A stretch of 64,000 nucleotides of DNA from Candidatus Latescibacterota bacterium (GTDB lineage Bacteria; Latescibacterota; UBA2968; UBA8231), in contig OZ241362.1 of assembly GCA_965200315.1 (NCBI GenBank), forward strand, positions 2,752,001 through 2,816,000, in the 5' to 3' direction. The notes under the pieces are model-generated. The model had not been told where the DNA came from and ran no database searches. It saw nothing but the letters and a program-made list of their open reading frames with translations. The translations under genes and the position numbers were made by a program. Shown one piece after another: positions 40,329 through 50,254 of this stretch; position 1 is the stretch's first letter, and the number at the start of each line of letters is the position of its first letter.

Positions 40329-41483
40329 ATGAAAATCACCGATATTCGCACACTTTCGCTCTCGCGCCCCCATGAACCCGAACGCCAGTGGTACAGCGCC
40401 ACCTTCCACGTTCCCAAAGCCGACTGCTCGATCTGCATCATCGAGACCGACGAGGGCTTGCAGGGCATCGCCGAGCCTTGCGCTTATGGTGTGCCGCCTG
40501 CCATCGCCGCTCGCATCGACGAACTCAAGCCCAGTCTCATCGGCCGCGACCCCCGCGACGAAGGGCTGACGCCGCACAACGAAGCAGAGCGCGCCAACGA
40601 CATTGCCAACGCCGGCCTCAACTGCGCGCTGTGGGATTTGCGCGGCAAAATCGCGGGGAAACCCACCGCCGACCTGCTCTGCGCGGTAGGACAGAAACCC
40701 CTGCGCCGCCTCCGCCTCTACGCTTCCTCGGGCGTACGCTACGACTGGGACGACCACCCCGAATCCGTCGTCGAAGAAGCCATCGGCTATGCCGGAGAGG
40801 GCTTCACCGCCTACAAGATGCGCTTGGGCACTCACTGGGCTTGGTCGGGCGTCACCGTCGATCGCTTCCTAAAAATCGCGCACCAAGTCCACGAGGCCGT
40901 AGGTGAGCGCATGGAATTAGCTCTCGACGGCAATTGCCGCCTCTCAATGGAGGAGGCGCTGCCCATCGCCGAAGCTCTTGACGAAATGGGTTGGGCTTGG
41001 TTTGAGGAGCCGGTCGAACGCGTTCCCGCAGACTACGCTCGGCTCAATGAGGCCGTCTCCATCCCCATCACCGGCGGCGAGCCGTTTACCACCTGGGCGC
41101 AGTTCGAGCCTTTTATGGAAGCGGGAGGCTTCGGCATCGTCCAGCCCGACGCTGGCGTCTGCGGCATTGACCTCTGCATGGAGGTCGGCCACAGAGCTTA
41201 CGCAGACTACGGCGGCATACCCCTGATCCCGCACAACTGGCACAATGGCCTGATGACGATGGCCAATGCCCAGATGGTCGCGGCGCTGCCCGACCCGCGC
41301 TTAGTCGAGCTAAATATGAAGCAGGGGCCTCTACAGTGGGAGATTCTGCGCGAGAAGCCGCTGATCGAAGACGGCCACTTGGTTCTGCCCGACGCCCCGG
41401 GCTTCGGCGTCGAATTGGCCGACGACCTCGAAGCGCGCTTCCCGTATATCGAAGGCTCTTGGGGCGATCCCGTACAGCGCTGA
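40329..41483 (+). CDS. Mandelate racemase/MLE family protein
   Basis: ALWDLRGK, KMR, DGN, EEP, GGE, QPD, PHNW. Confidence 0.9.
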   Translation: MKITDIRTLSLSRPHEPERQWYSATFHVPKADCSICIIETDEGLQGIAEPCAYGVPPAIAARIDELKPSLIGRDPRDEGLTPHNEAERANDIANAGLNCALWDLRGKIAGKPTADLLCAVGQKPLRRLRLYASSGVRYDWDDHPESVVEEAIGYAGEGFTAYKMRLGTHWAWSGVTVDRFLKIAHQVHEAVGERMELALDGNCRLSMEEALPIAEALDEMGWAWFEEPVERVPADYARLNEAVSIPITGGEPFTTWAQFEPFMEAGGFGIVQPDAGVCGIDLCMEVGHRAYADYGGIPLIPHNWHNGLMTMANAQMVAALPDPRLVELNMKQGPLQWEILREKPLIEDGHLVLPDAPGFGVELADDLEARFPYIEGSWGDPVQR

Positions 41484-41490
41484 GGACATA

Positions 41491-42324
41491 ATGGTTACCG
41501 ATCGCGAAAATTACCTCTTCGACCTGCGCGGCTACCTGCACTTAGAGGGAGCACTTACCGCCGATGAGGTCAAAGACCTCAACGATTGCCTCGACGCGAT
41601 CCCGCCGCTAGAGCCGGGCGATTGGTATGGCCACGTCCACGCCCATACCTATGGCACGATTGACGGCCTCAACTTGCAGCAAATCTACGAGGCGGGCGAG
41701 CCTTTTGAGCGAATGATCGACCATCCCGCTTGGATTGAGAAAGTGAAGCATTTCGTCGGCGGCGAGGGCACCTTCGACTACGCACACGGGCCGCTCTTCA
41801 TCGACGAAAACTTTGCCAACTTCCGCCAGCCCGGGGAGGCCATTGGCCTGCACTCCGGCGGCTACCCGCCCATCATGCGCAACCAATTTCGCTACCACGG
41901 CGGACGCTACATGTGCGGCCAAATCAACATCCTCGTCGCGCTCACGGACATCGGCCCGGGCGACGGCAGCACCATGCTGATCCCCGGCAGCCACAAATCC
42001 AACTTCACGCATCCCGACCTAGACCGACATCGCATGAAGCCCGAAGGCGCTACCGTTGAGGGCATCACCGGCGCGGTCGAGTGCCAGATGGCCAAGGGCG
42101 ACGCCTTGCTTTTCGTCGATGGCCTCTCGCACGGCTCGGCCCGACGCCAAAACGAGGGCACTCGCCGAATCTTCGTCTATCGCTACGGCCCCTCTTGGGG
42201 CAACTTCCGCCACGGCTACCATCCCTCGGACGAGCTGTTGGCGCGCCTGACGCCCGAGCGGCGACAGATCGTCTGGCCGCAGCGGCCCCGTCCCCAAGGA
42301 CCGCAAAAAAAGGCTACTGAGTAA
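41491..42324 (+). CDS. Phytanoyl-CoA dioxygenase (PhyH) family protein
   Basis: YLFDLRGY, LHSG, IPGSHK, GDALLF...HG. Confidence 0.85.
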   Translation: MVTDRENYLFDLRGYLHLEGALTADEVKDLNDCLDAIPPLEPGDWYGHVHAHTYGTIDGLNLQQIYEAGEPFERMIDHPAWIEKVKHFVGGEGTFDYAHGPLFIDENFANFRQPGEAIGLHSGGYPPIMRNQFRYHGGRYMCGQINILVALTDIGPGDGSTMLIPGSHKSNFTHPDLDRHRMKPEGATVEGITGAVECQMAKGDALLFVDGLSHGSARRQNEGTRRIFVYRYGPSWGNFRHGYHPSDELLARLTPERRQIVWPQRPRPQGPQKKATE

Positions 42325-42328
42325 ATCC

Positions 42329-43210
42329 ATGAAGGGCATCATCCTCGCCGGCGGCCAAGGCACACGCCTTTATCCCCTGACCGTATCGGTCTCCAAGCAG
42401 ATCCTGCCGATCTTCGACAAGCCGATGATTTACTACCCGCTCTCGGTGCTCATGCTGGCCGATATCCGCGAGGTGCTCATCATCTCCAGTCCAGAGCACA
42501 TCGGCCTCTATCGCCAGCTCTTCGGCGACGGCGAGCGGCTGGGGCTGCGTATTGAATACGCGGTCCAAGACCGGCCCGAGGGCGTGGCTCACGCCTTTGT
42601 CGTGGGGGCCGATTTCGCTGGCTGCGATCCCTGTGCCTTGATATTCGGCGACAACTTCCTCTACGGGCACGGCTTGACGGCGATTCTACAGTGCGCTAGC
42701 CAGCTACGGGAGGGGGGATTGGCTTTCGCGTACTATGTGAGCGATCCCACGCGCTACGGGGTCGTCGAATTCGACGCTGGAGGCAACGCCGTTAGCATTG
42801 AAGAGAAGCCGCAAACCCCCAAGTCCAACTACGCGGTCATCGGCCTTTATTTTTACGACGGCGAGGTCGTCGATATCGTCCGTGGCCTCAAGCACTCGGC
42901 TCGTGGCGAGCTGGAGATTACCGATGTCAACAACGAGTATCTGCGTCGACAGCAACTCAAAGTCGAGGTGTTGGGGCGAGGTTTTGCTTGGTTCGACACT
43001 GGGACGCACGAGAGCCTCCTAGAAGCCAACAACTTCGTCCAAACCATCGAGCACCGGCAGGGGCTCAAAGTGGGCTGCGTCGAGGAAATAGCGTACCGCA
43101 GGGGCTACATTGGCGCGGAGCAGCTTCTCCGCATTGCCAATTATTCCGAAGACAATGAATACTGCCTCTATCTCAAGCACCTCGTCGAACAGTCCGGGCC
43201 AACGTTCTGA
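42329..43210 (+). CDS. rfbA: Glucose-1-phosphate thymidylyltransferase
   Basis: MKGIILAGG.GTRLYP.T...SKQ.LP..DKPMIYYPL, EEKP, GRGFAW.DTGT. Confidence 0.96.
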   Translation: MKGIILAGGQGTRLYPLTVSVSKQILPIFDKPMIYYPLSVLMLADIREVLIISSPEHIGLYRQLFGDGERLGLRIEYAVQDRPEGVAHAFVVGADFAGCDPCALIFGDNFLYGHGLTAILQCASQLREGGLAFAYYVSDPTRYGVVEFDAGGNAVSIEEKPQTPKSNYAVIGLYFYDGEVVDIVRGLKHSARGELEITDVNNEYLRRQQLKVEVLGRGFAWFDTGTHESLLEANNFVQTIEHRQGLKVGCVEEIAYRRGYIGAEQLLRIANYSEDNEYCLYLKHLVEQSGPTF

Positions 43211-43401
43211 CGCCTTTTGCGTCGGTAGAGGGCAAATTGTGTCATGGCGGGCCAACTTGGTCAAGAGGCTTTCTGAGAGTAGCGGTTTATTGGTTATTTA
43301 GAATGCCTTATATTTTAGCACTGGTTGCCCTTGATCAAGGACGGCCTGAGCGGCTGTTTGGCACTCGTCATTCTCAAATAAGTGCATAGCACTCGCTGGC
43401 T

Positions 43402-44259
43402 ATGAGACCCCTCGACGAATACGTAAGACAACAGCTCAACGATCATGCCGCTAGGATAGGTGAGGCTCTCGCTGCCGATGTGATGGCAGTCGCCAGTCCA
43501 ATTCTCCCAGGCCTAGAGGTACGGGTTCGCCATGCAGTAGAACTGATTTCTCAACGTAGGGCTACTTTGGCAATTGTCCTCGAAACCAATGGCGGTATAG
43601 TTGAGGTCGTTGAGCGAATGGTTGACACTATTCGGAATTATTACGACGAGGTTGTCTTCATAGTTCCGAATAGAGCAATGTCTGCGGGGACGCTCTTTGT
43701 CATGTCGGGAGATCGAATCCTTATGGACTTTTTCTCTTGCCTTGGTCCTATTGATCCACAAATCGAAGAGGACGGCAAGCTCGTACCGGCACTGGCATAT
43801 TTGAATCAATTCGAGCGGCTGAATGCAAAGGCTGAACAAGGAAACTTGACATCAGCAGAGTACGCACTTCTCAGCAAGTTGGACCTCGGCGAGCTATACC
43901 AGTTCGAGCAAGCAAGAGCACTTTCAATAGAGCTACTCGTAAAGTGGCTATCGAGATACAAGTTCAAAAACTGGACTCAAACCGAGGCGAGAAAGGATCC
44001 TGTCACTCCTAAGATGAGGGAGGACAGAGCCAGAGAAATTGCGGAGAGCTTGAGTAACAGCGAATACTGGCACTCGCATGGGAGAGGGATAAACATGAAA
44101 ACTCTGACCGACGAGCTACGGCTCAAAATTGAGGATTACTCGGTGAACCCAACTCTAGGCCCCTTAATTAGGGAGTATTACGAATTGCTTCAAGATTACA
44201 TGGGCCGCGAACAAATTATCTCCTTCGTGCATACCGTGCATACAGAGAAGTACTTCTAG
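43402..44259 (+). CDS. SDH family ClpP-fold serine proteinase
   Basis: ETNGG, AMSAGT, LGPIDPQ, WHSHG; visibly AT-richer than flanks. Confidence 0.85.
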   Translation: MRPLDEYVRQQLNDHAARIGEALAADVMAVASPILPGLEVRVRHAVELISQRRATLAIVLETNGGIVEVVERMVDTIRNYYDEVVFIVPNRAMSAGTLFVMSGDRILMDFFSCLGPIDPQIEEDGKLVPALAYLNQFERLNAKAEQGNLTSAEYALLSKLDLGELYQFEQARALSIELLVKWLSRYKFKNWTQTEARKDPVTPKMREDRAREIAESLSNSEYWHSHGRGINMKTLTDELRLKIEDYSVNPTLGPLIREYYELLQDYMGREQIISFVHTVHTEKYF

Positions 44260-44320
44260 ATGTAGATGTCGGACCTTATCGGCCACCTCCCCTAGTCCCA
44301 AGCTATAAGGATAAAATGTC

Positions 44321-44512
44321 ATGGCCAAACAAATTAGCCAACCTAGAAAAAAAGCTGAGATCCTTAAAATCAACCCGAAGGTTGATCCAGTCCTAGTAGA
44401 GCGGTACGAGAAGTTGGATTCTGAGTTGCGTCGGCTGGGGGTAAATACCAAGCCCACGTTCAATCTCAAGCCACCGCTAGGCGACGATCGCCTGCATCTC
44501 TTCAACGGATAG
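44321..44512 (+). CDS. Small hypothetical protein (63 aa) downstream of SDH protease
   Basis: ATG preceded by AAGGA; same strand and islet composition. Confidence 0.55.
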   Translation: MAKQISQPRKKAEILKINPKVDPVLVERYEKLDSELRRLGVNTKPTFNLKPPLGDDRLHLFNG

Positions 44513-44514
44513 CC

Positions 44515-44781
44515 ATGTCGATCTTCGCACTCCGTTTCAGTTACCAGAACATCGCCACCGGCCAGGGTTTCGACCTAGCCTTCGTGGGCATGAGCATCGT
44601 CTTCACCGCCTTGGTATTGGTCAGCGTCTTTATCGCTGTCCTGCCGAGGATCCTCGCCGCGATCCACCCCTACATTCCCCCGGCCCAACTGCACACGCAG
44701 AGTCATAGCAGAGAAACCGACGCACCCGCCATCGGCGCGGCCATCGGCCTCGCCCTGCACGCGCGCCGCCAAGACGACTAA
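44515..44781 (+). CDS. oadG: Na+-translocating decarboxylase gamma subunit
   Basis: VGMSIVF single TM helix, Pro-rich linker, AAIGLALH; context. Confidence 0.8.
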   Translation: MSIFALRFSYQNIATGQGFDLAFVGMSIVFTALVLVSVFIAVLPRILAAIHPYIPPAQLHTQSHSRETDAPAIGAAIGLALHARRQDD

Positions 44782-44787
44782 TCGGCC

Positions 44788-45915
44788 ATGGATACTCTCC
44801 TCAAATTCCTCTCTACTACGGCCGTGGCCAACATGTCGGGCGGCAACCTGCTGATGATCGCTATCGGCGCTATCTTCATCTCGCTAGCCATCCGCAAAGA
44901 CTACGAGCCGCTGCTGCTGTTGCCCATCGGCTTCGGCTGCATCGTCGGCAACCTTCCGTCTATCTCCAGCATGGCCATCGGCGTGTACGACCAAGGCAGT
45001 GTGCTCTACTACATCTACTTTGGAGTTAGTCAAGGGATCTTCCCGCCGCTGATTTTTCTCGGCATCGGCGCGATGACCGACTTCTCGACCATGCTCTCCA
45101 ACCCCCGGTTGGTGCTGCTGGGCGCAGCCGCGCAGACGGGCATTTTCCTGACCCTGATCGGCGCACTCTATTTGGGTTTTACTCCGACCGAGGCCGGGGC
45201 CATCGGCATTATCGGCGGGGCCGACGGACCAACGGCGATCTTCCTCGCGGCCAAGCTAGCTCCTCACCTGCTCGGGGCTATCGCCATTGCCGCGTACTCC
45301 TACATGGCCCTCGTGCCGGTCATTCAGCCGCCGGTGATGAAACTTTTGACCACCCGCAAGGAGCGGCTTATTCGCATGAAGCCCCCGCGCGAGGTCTCGC
45401 AGCGCGAGAAGATCATCTTTCCCATCGCCGCTTTTCTGATATGTGCGCTCCTCGCCCCCGGTGCGATCGGGCTGCTCGGCATGCTGTTTTTCGGCAATCT
45501 GCTCAAGGAAAGCGGCGTCACCGAGCGCTTGGCCCAGACCGCCCGCACCTCAATGGTCGATATCGTCACCATCCTCCTCGGGTTCTCGGTCGGCTGCTCA
45601 ACCCAAGCCCAGACCTTTCTCACGCAGCAGTCGGTACTCATCTTCAGCCTCGGTGCTTTGTCCTTTGCCATCGCCACGGCCAGCGGCGTACTCTTCGCCA
45701 AGTTTTTGAACCTCTTCACCAAAGACAAAATCAACCCCCTCGTCGGTGCTGCCGGGGTCTCGGCCGTGCCCGACTCGGCCCGCGTGGTGCAAATGATGGG
45801 CCAGCGCGAAGACCCCAATAACTACCTGCTGATGCACGCGATGGCTCCCAATGTCGCCGGGGTCATCGGCTCGGCGATAGGTGCCGGCGTCTTGTGGTCC
45901 GTGCTGGTGGGATAG
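44788..45915 (+). CDS. oadB: Na+-translocating decarboxylase beta subunit
   Basis: YEPLLLLPIGFG, GAMTDF, IGIIGGADGPT, AYSYMALVP, GAAGVSAVP. Confidence 0.95.
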   Translation: MDTLLKFLSTTAVANMSGGNLLMIAIGAIFISLAIRKDYEPLLLLPIGFGCIVGNLPSISSMAIGVYDQGSVLYYIYFGVSQGIFPPLIFLGIGAMTDFSTMLSNPRLVLLGAAAQTGIFLTLIGALYLGFTPTEAGAIGIIGGADGPTAIFLAAKLAPHLLGAIAIAAYSYMALVPVIQPPVMKLLTTRKERLIRMKPPREVSQREKIIFPIAAFLICALLAPGAIGLLGMLFFGNLLKESGVTERLAQTARTSMVDIVTILLGFSVGCSTQAQTFLTQQSVLIFSLGALSFAIATASGVLFAKFLNLFTKDKINPLVGAAGVSAVPDSARVVQMMGQREDPNNYLLMHAMAPNVAGVIGSAIGAGVLWSVLVG

Positions 45916-45932
45916 ACAACGAGGATGCGACC

Positions 45933-47744
45933 GTGAACAAGAAGAAAATTCGCTTCATGTGTACCGCCTTTCGCGACGGCTTCCAGTCGGTCTATGGAGC
46001 GCGCGTTTTCACGTCCGATTTTCTGCCGGCCGTCGCCGCGGCCAAGGAAGCTGGCATCGACTACTTTGAGGCCGGCGGCGGTGCCTGTTTCCAATCGTTC
46101 TACTTCTACTGCGGCGAAGACGCCTTTGCCGCGATGGACGCCTTTCGCGCCACGGTCGGCCCGGACGCCGACTTGCAGACCTTGGCGCGGGGGGTCAACG
46201 TGGTCGGCCTCGAATCGCAGCCGAGCGACATCATCAAGCTCCACGCCGAGCTTTTCAAAAAGCACGGTATCACCACCATCCGCAATTTCGACGCGCTCAA
46301 CGACGTCGATAACCTTATCTACTCGGGGCAGTGCATCGTCGATGCCGGGCTCAAACACCAAGTCTGTGTCACGCTGATGGAACTGCCTCCGGGCTGCTCT
46401 GGTGCCCACGACGCGGCCTTCTACACCAGTACATTGCGCCAGATACTAGACGCCGGCATTCCCTACGATGCGGTCTGCTTCAAGGATGCCTCGGGCACGG
46501 CCGTCCCCGCCAAAATCTATGAAACCATCTCCGAGGCGCGTCTCATGCTGCCCGAGGGCACCTTCATCCACTTCCACACGCACGAAACAGCCGGCATTGG
46601 CGTCAGTGCCAACATGGCCGCCCTCGACGCCGGTGCCGACGCCATTGACCTGTCTATGGCTCCCTGCTCCGGCGGCACCTGCCAACCCGACATCATCGTC
46701 ATGTGGCACGCGCTGCGCGGCTCCGACTACGATCTTGACATCGACGTCGACAAGGTCCGCGACGCCGAGGAGGTCTTCAAGGAGTGCATGGCCGACTATT
46801 TCCTGCCGCCCGAAGCGGTGGCCGTGGAGCCGATGATTCCCTGGAGCCCCATGCCCGGTGGCGCGCTGACGGCCAACACCCAGATGCTGCGCGACAACGG
46901 CATCATGGACAAGTACCCAGATATGATCAAGGCCATGCGCGAAGTAGTAGAAAAGGGCGGGTTTGGCACTTCAGTGACGCCGGTCTCGCAATTTTACTTT
47001 CAGCAGGCTTTCAACAACGTCATGTTCGGCCCATGGGAGCGAATCGCCGCGCCCTACGGCCAGATGGTCTTGGGCTACTTCGGCAAGACGCCGGTCGCGC
47101 CCGACCCCTCGGTCGTCGAGATCGCCGCCCAACAGCTCGGGCTAGATCCAACGACCCAAAAACCGCTCGAACGCAACGACGCCGACCCGAACAAGGGCGT
47201 CGAGCCGGCCCGCCAACAACTGCGGGAAGCTGGCCTTGAAGAGACAGACGAAAACGTTTTTATCGTCGCCGCCTGCCAAGACAAGGGACTCGCCTTCCTC
47301 AAGGGAGAAGGCGAAATCGGCGTACGCAAAGTAGAAAAAGAGCAAAAAGAAGCGGCCCCAACCGACGGTCCGGCGCACTATGCGATCACCGTTGATGGCC
47401 GCCGCTATGCCGTGGCTATTGACGGCGACACGGCCACCGTTGACGGCCGCCGCTTCCAAGTCAGCCTAGAACAGTCGACAGAATCGACCGATGTGGCGGC
47501 TCCCTCCTCGCCGGCACCCAAGGCCGGAGATGGCACGCCGGTCCAAGCCCAGATGCCCGGGAAAGTAATCCGCCACCTCGTCCAACCTGGCGATCACGTA
47601 GAAGCGGGCGACGGAATCCTCGTGCTCGAAGCCATGAAGATGGAAATGCCGGTAACGGCCCCCGTCGGAGGCACGGTAGCCGATATTTTGGTCCATGCCG
47701 GAGATCAGGTGGCTGACGGACAGGTGCTAGCGCACATAAGCTAA
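45933..47744 (+). CDS. oadA: Oxaloacetate decarboxylase alpha subunit-like (carboxyltransferase plus biotin carrier)
   Basis: RDGFQS, FDALND, HFHTH, PGG, VTPVSQ, EAMKM. Confidence 0.9.
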   Translation: MNKKKIRFMCTAFRDGFQSVYGARVFTSDFLPAVAAAKEAGIDYFEAGGGACFQSFYFYCGEDAFAAMDAFRATVGPDADLQTLARGVNVVGLESQPSDIIKLHAELFKKHGITTIRNFDALNDVDNLIYSGQCIVDAGLKHQVCVTLMELPPGCSGAHDAAFYTSTLRQILDAGIPYDAVCFKDASGTAVPAKIYETISEARLMLPEGTFIHFHTHETAGIGVSANMAALDAGADAIDLSMAPCSGGTCQPDIIVMWHALRGSDYDLDIDVDKVRDAEEVFKECMADYFLPPEAVAVEPMIPWSPMPGGALTANTQMLRDNGIMDKYPDMIKAMREVVEKGGFGTSVTPVSQFYFQQAFNNVMFGPWERIAAPYGQMVLGYFGKTPVAPDPSVVEIAAQQLGLDPTTQKPLERNDADPNKGVEPARQQLREAGLEETDENVFIVAACQDKGLAFLKGEGEIGVRKVEKEQKEAAPTDGPAHYAITVDGRRYAVAIDGDTATVDGRRFQVSLEQSTESTDVAAPSSPAPKAGDGTPVQAQMPGKVIRHLVQPGDHVEAGDGILVLEAMKMEMPVTAPVGGTVADILVHAGDQVADGQVLAHIS

Positions 47745-48445
47745 GCCATCTCCCCGCTCCACAACTCGCGTCGCGTCCCATCGTCCTCGCGCAGCAGCAA
47801 TTGCCCGGCCGAGCCAAAGCCCAGCACCACGCCCGTGTACTCACCGACTGCGACGTACTGACCCAAGTTGACGCAGTGAGACTCCCAAGCCGCACTCAGC
47901 GCAGCAAATCCGCCTCTTTCCCAGCGCCCGATCCACTCCTGCAAATGCGGCAGTAACTCGTCCAATGCCCGCTCTACATCGCGCTCGGTGCCCGTCTCAA
48001 TCCGCAGCGAGGTGGCGGGCTGGCCGATGGACGCGGCTTCGTCGGCATCCATGTTGACGTTGAGGCCGATTCCAAGGACGACCCCATTACAGCGCTCGGC
48101 CAAAATGCCGCAGATCTTGCGGCCATCCACTAGCACGTCGTTGGGCCACTTGGTCTGCGCCGCCAAGCCGTTTTTCTCCAAATAGGCCGCCACGCCCAAG
48201 GCAGCGGCCTGCGGTAGCGACAGGACCTGCAACGGCGACGCATCGCTCCGCAACAGCGCGGAAAAGGTCAGGTTGCGACCGGGCTGGGCAAGCCACTGCC
48301 GCTCGTAGCGGCCCCGGCCAGCGGTCTGAGAACGAGCGGCGAGCACGAAGCCGTCGGGCAGGTCCCGGCCCTCGCGCAACCACTCGACCAAGGTCGTATT
48401 GGTCGAGGGCAGTTCGTCGCGCCACTGGGGTTTTTGGAATTGCAT
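47741..48445 (-). CDS. birA: Biotin-protein ligase without HTH domain
   Basis: STN, QTAGRGR, KWPND, KICGIL, GIGLNVN. Confidence 0.92.
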   Translation of the reverse strand: MQFQKPQWRDELPSTNTTLVEWLREGRDLPDGFVLAARSQTAGRGRYERQWLAQPGRNLTFSALLRSDASPLQVLSLPQAAALGVAAYLEKNGLAAQTKWPNDVLVDGRKICGILAERCNGVVLGIGLNVNMDADEAASIGQPATSLRIETGTERDVERALDELLPHLQEWIGRWERGGFAALSAAWESHCVNLGQYVAVGEYTGVVLGFGSAGQLLLREDDGTRRELWSGEMA

Positions 48446-48575
48446 CGTTTTAAATATATGGACGAAGGTTGTGCGCTGGGAAAGCTCGCATTTGACCATG
48501 AGATGTTCCTCTTGGTATTTTCGTACAAGCCCCCTTTGAGCCGATCTCATGCCTTTAGCTATAGGAGACAATCCC

Positions 48576-49955
48576 ATGCCTGTTTCTAGACGCCAGTTCC
48601 TTAAAAGCGCGGCAGCCGTTTCCATCGGCTTTGCCGGCCTCCATCGCCACCTCGCGTGGGGTGCACCAGCACTCGAAAATAGCTTTGGGCCGCTCGTGCC
48701 TGACCCCGAAGGCATCCTCGACCTGCCCGAGGGCTTTAGCTATCGGATTCTCTCGCGCATCGGCCAAGCCATGGACGACGGCCTGCGATTGCCGGGCGCA
48801 GCCGACGGAATGGCCGCTTTCCCCGGGCCAGAGGGCCGCATCGTTTTGGTGCGCAACCACGAGCTGAGCAGCGGGGCGCGGGAGGCCGGTGCCTTCGGCG
48901 ACGACAACGAGGAACTGGGCAAACTACCCAAAGAAGATCTGTACGATTGGGGCCACGGCGAGATGCCGGGCTTGGGCGGCACCACGACCCTCGTGTACAA
49001 CGCGCAAACCGGCGCAGTGGAGCGGGAATTTCTCAGCTTGGCCGGCACTGCGGTCAACTGCGCCGGGGGGCCGACCCCGTGGCATAGCTGGATTAGCTGC
49101 GAAGAGACGACCCAGCGGGTTGAGGGGCAGATCGAGAAAGACCATGGCTACAACTTCGAGGTCCCCGCTACCACAGAAATCCGCCGCGCCGCGCCCGTGC
49201 CGCTCAAGGCCATGGGGCGCTTCAAGCACGAGGCCATCGCCGTCGATCCCCGCTCGGGCATCGTCTATCAAACCGAAGATACCAGCGACAGCTTGATCTA
49301 CCGCTACATCCCCGATGCACCGGGCAAACTAATAGCTGGGCGGCTGCAAGCCTTGGCCGTAATTGACCATCCCGGCTTGGATACCCGCAACTGGGACAAA
49401 GCACTGGTGAGCCCGGGCGAACCGCTCGCCGTGCGCTGGGTCGATATAGAAAACGTCGAGTCGCCAGACGACGACTTGCGCTTCCAAGGGTTTGACGGCA
49501 AGGGCTGCGCCCGCTTTGCCCGCGGCGAGGGCATGTGGTACGGCCGCGAAGCGATTTACTTTGCCTGCACCAGCGGCGGCGAGAAAAAGAAAGGGCAGAT
49601 TTTCCGCTACCAGCCTAGCCCGCACGAGGGCACGACCGATGAGAGCAAGGCTCCGGGGACGCTCGAACTCTTCGTCGAGCCGAACGACGGCGACTTAGTC
49701 GACAATGCCGACAACCTCACGGTCTCGCCCTTCGGCGACCTGATCGTCTGCGAGGACGGCAGCGGGGAAAACAACCTAGTCGGCATAACGCCCGCAGGCC
49801 AGATCTACCGCTTTGGGCACAATCGCATGAACAATTCCGAATTTGCCGGCGCGACCTTCTCGCCCGACGGCCAAGTGCTCTTCGTCAATATCCAGCATCC
49901 CGGCACCACGCTGGCCATCTACGGCCCTTGGGATCGGCGGCAGTCTGACGGTTAG
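48576..49955 (+). CDS. phoX: Alkaline phosphatase PhoX family (Tat-exported)
   Basis: SRRQFLK Tat signal; NHE, NCAGGPTPW..W.SCEE, GRF.HEA, E..GATFSPDG..LFVNIQ.PG. Confidence 0.88.
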   Translation: MPVSRRQFLKSAAAVSIGFAGLHRHLAWGAPALENSFGPLVPDPEGILDLPEGFSYRILSRIGQAMDDGLRLPGAADGMAAFPGPEGRIVLVRNHELSSGAREAGAFGDDNEELGKLPKEDLYDWGHGEMPGLGGTTTLVYNAQTGAVEREFLSLAGTAVNCAGGPTPWHSWISCEETTQRVEGQIEKDHGYNFEVPATTEIRRAAPVPLKAMGRFKHEAIAVDPRSGIVYQTEDTSDSLIYRYIPDAPGKLIAGRLQALAVIDHPGLDTRNWDKALVSPGEPLAVRWVDIENVESPDDDLRFQGFDGKGCARFARGEGMWYGREAIYFACTSGGEKKKGQIFRYQPSPHEGTTDESKAPGTLELFVEPNDGDLVDNADNLTVSPFGDLIVCEDGSGENNLVGITPAGQIYRFGHNRMNNSEFAGATFSPDGQVLFVNIQHPGTTLAIYGPWDRRQSDG

Positions 49956-49958
49956 CTA

Positions 49959-50031
49959 GAAGCGTCTGAAAGCTTGGCGTCCGGCGGTTTGCTACGTTCC
50001 CAGCGTACCGTCTGAGAGACTCAGCAGCTTC
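49959..50031. mobile_element. Degenerate, internally deleted copy of the MITE
   Basis: GAAGCGTCTGAAA...TCAGCAGCTTC; internal CTTGGCGTCCGGCGGTTT resembles the 50095 copy. Confidence 0.45.
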
Positions 50032-50094
50032 TGAGAATCTCTGGCTTGCCGCGCCCAAGTCCGGCGGGCGATACAGTGCTGTGTCGTATTCTGC

Positions 50095-50238
50095 GAAGCA
50101 TTCTTAAAGCTCTCGTCGGACCGCTTTGCGGGGCGGCCGAGAGCCTTGGCGTCCAGCGGTTTTCGAGGGCGAGACGCCCTCGATCCCAGCGGCTGGGAAC
50201 CGCGCGAGAGACCCAACCTGGAGTCTTAAGAAGGCTTC
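50095..50238. mobile_element. MITE copy, inverted relative to 10403-10547
   Basis: TIRs GAAGCATTCTTAA/TTAAGAAGGCTTC; shared core TTTTCGAGGGCGAGACGCCCTCGATCCCA. Confidence 0.7.
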
Positions 50239-50254
50239 TAAGGGAGTTATATAC

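Noticed and set aside
42329-43210. Lone rfbA as part of a polysaccharide cluster
   Set aside because: No other rml or glycosyltransferase genes are adjacent
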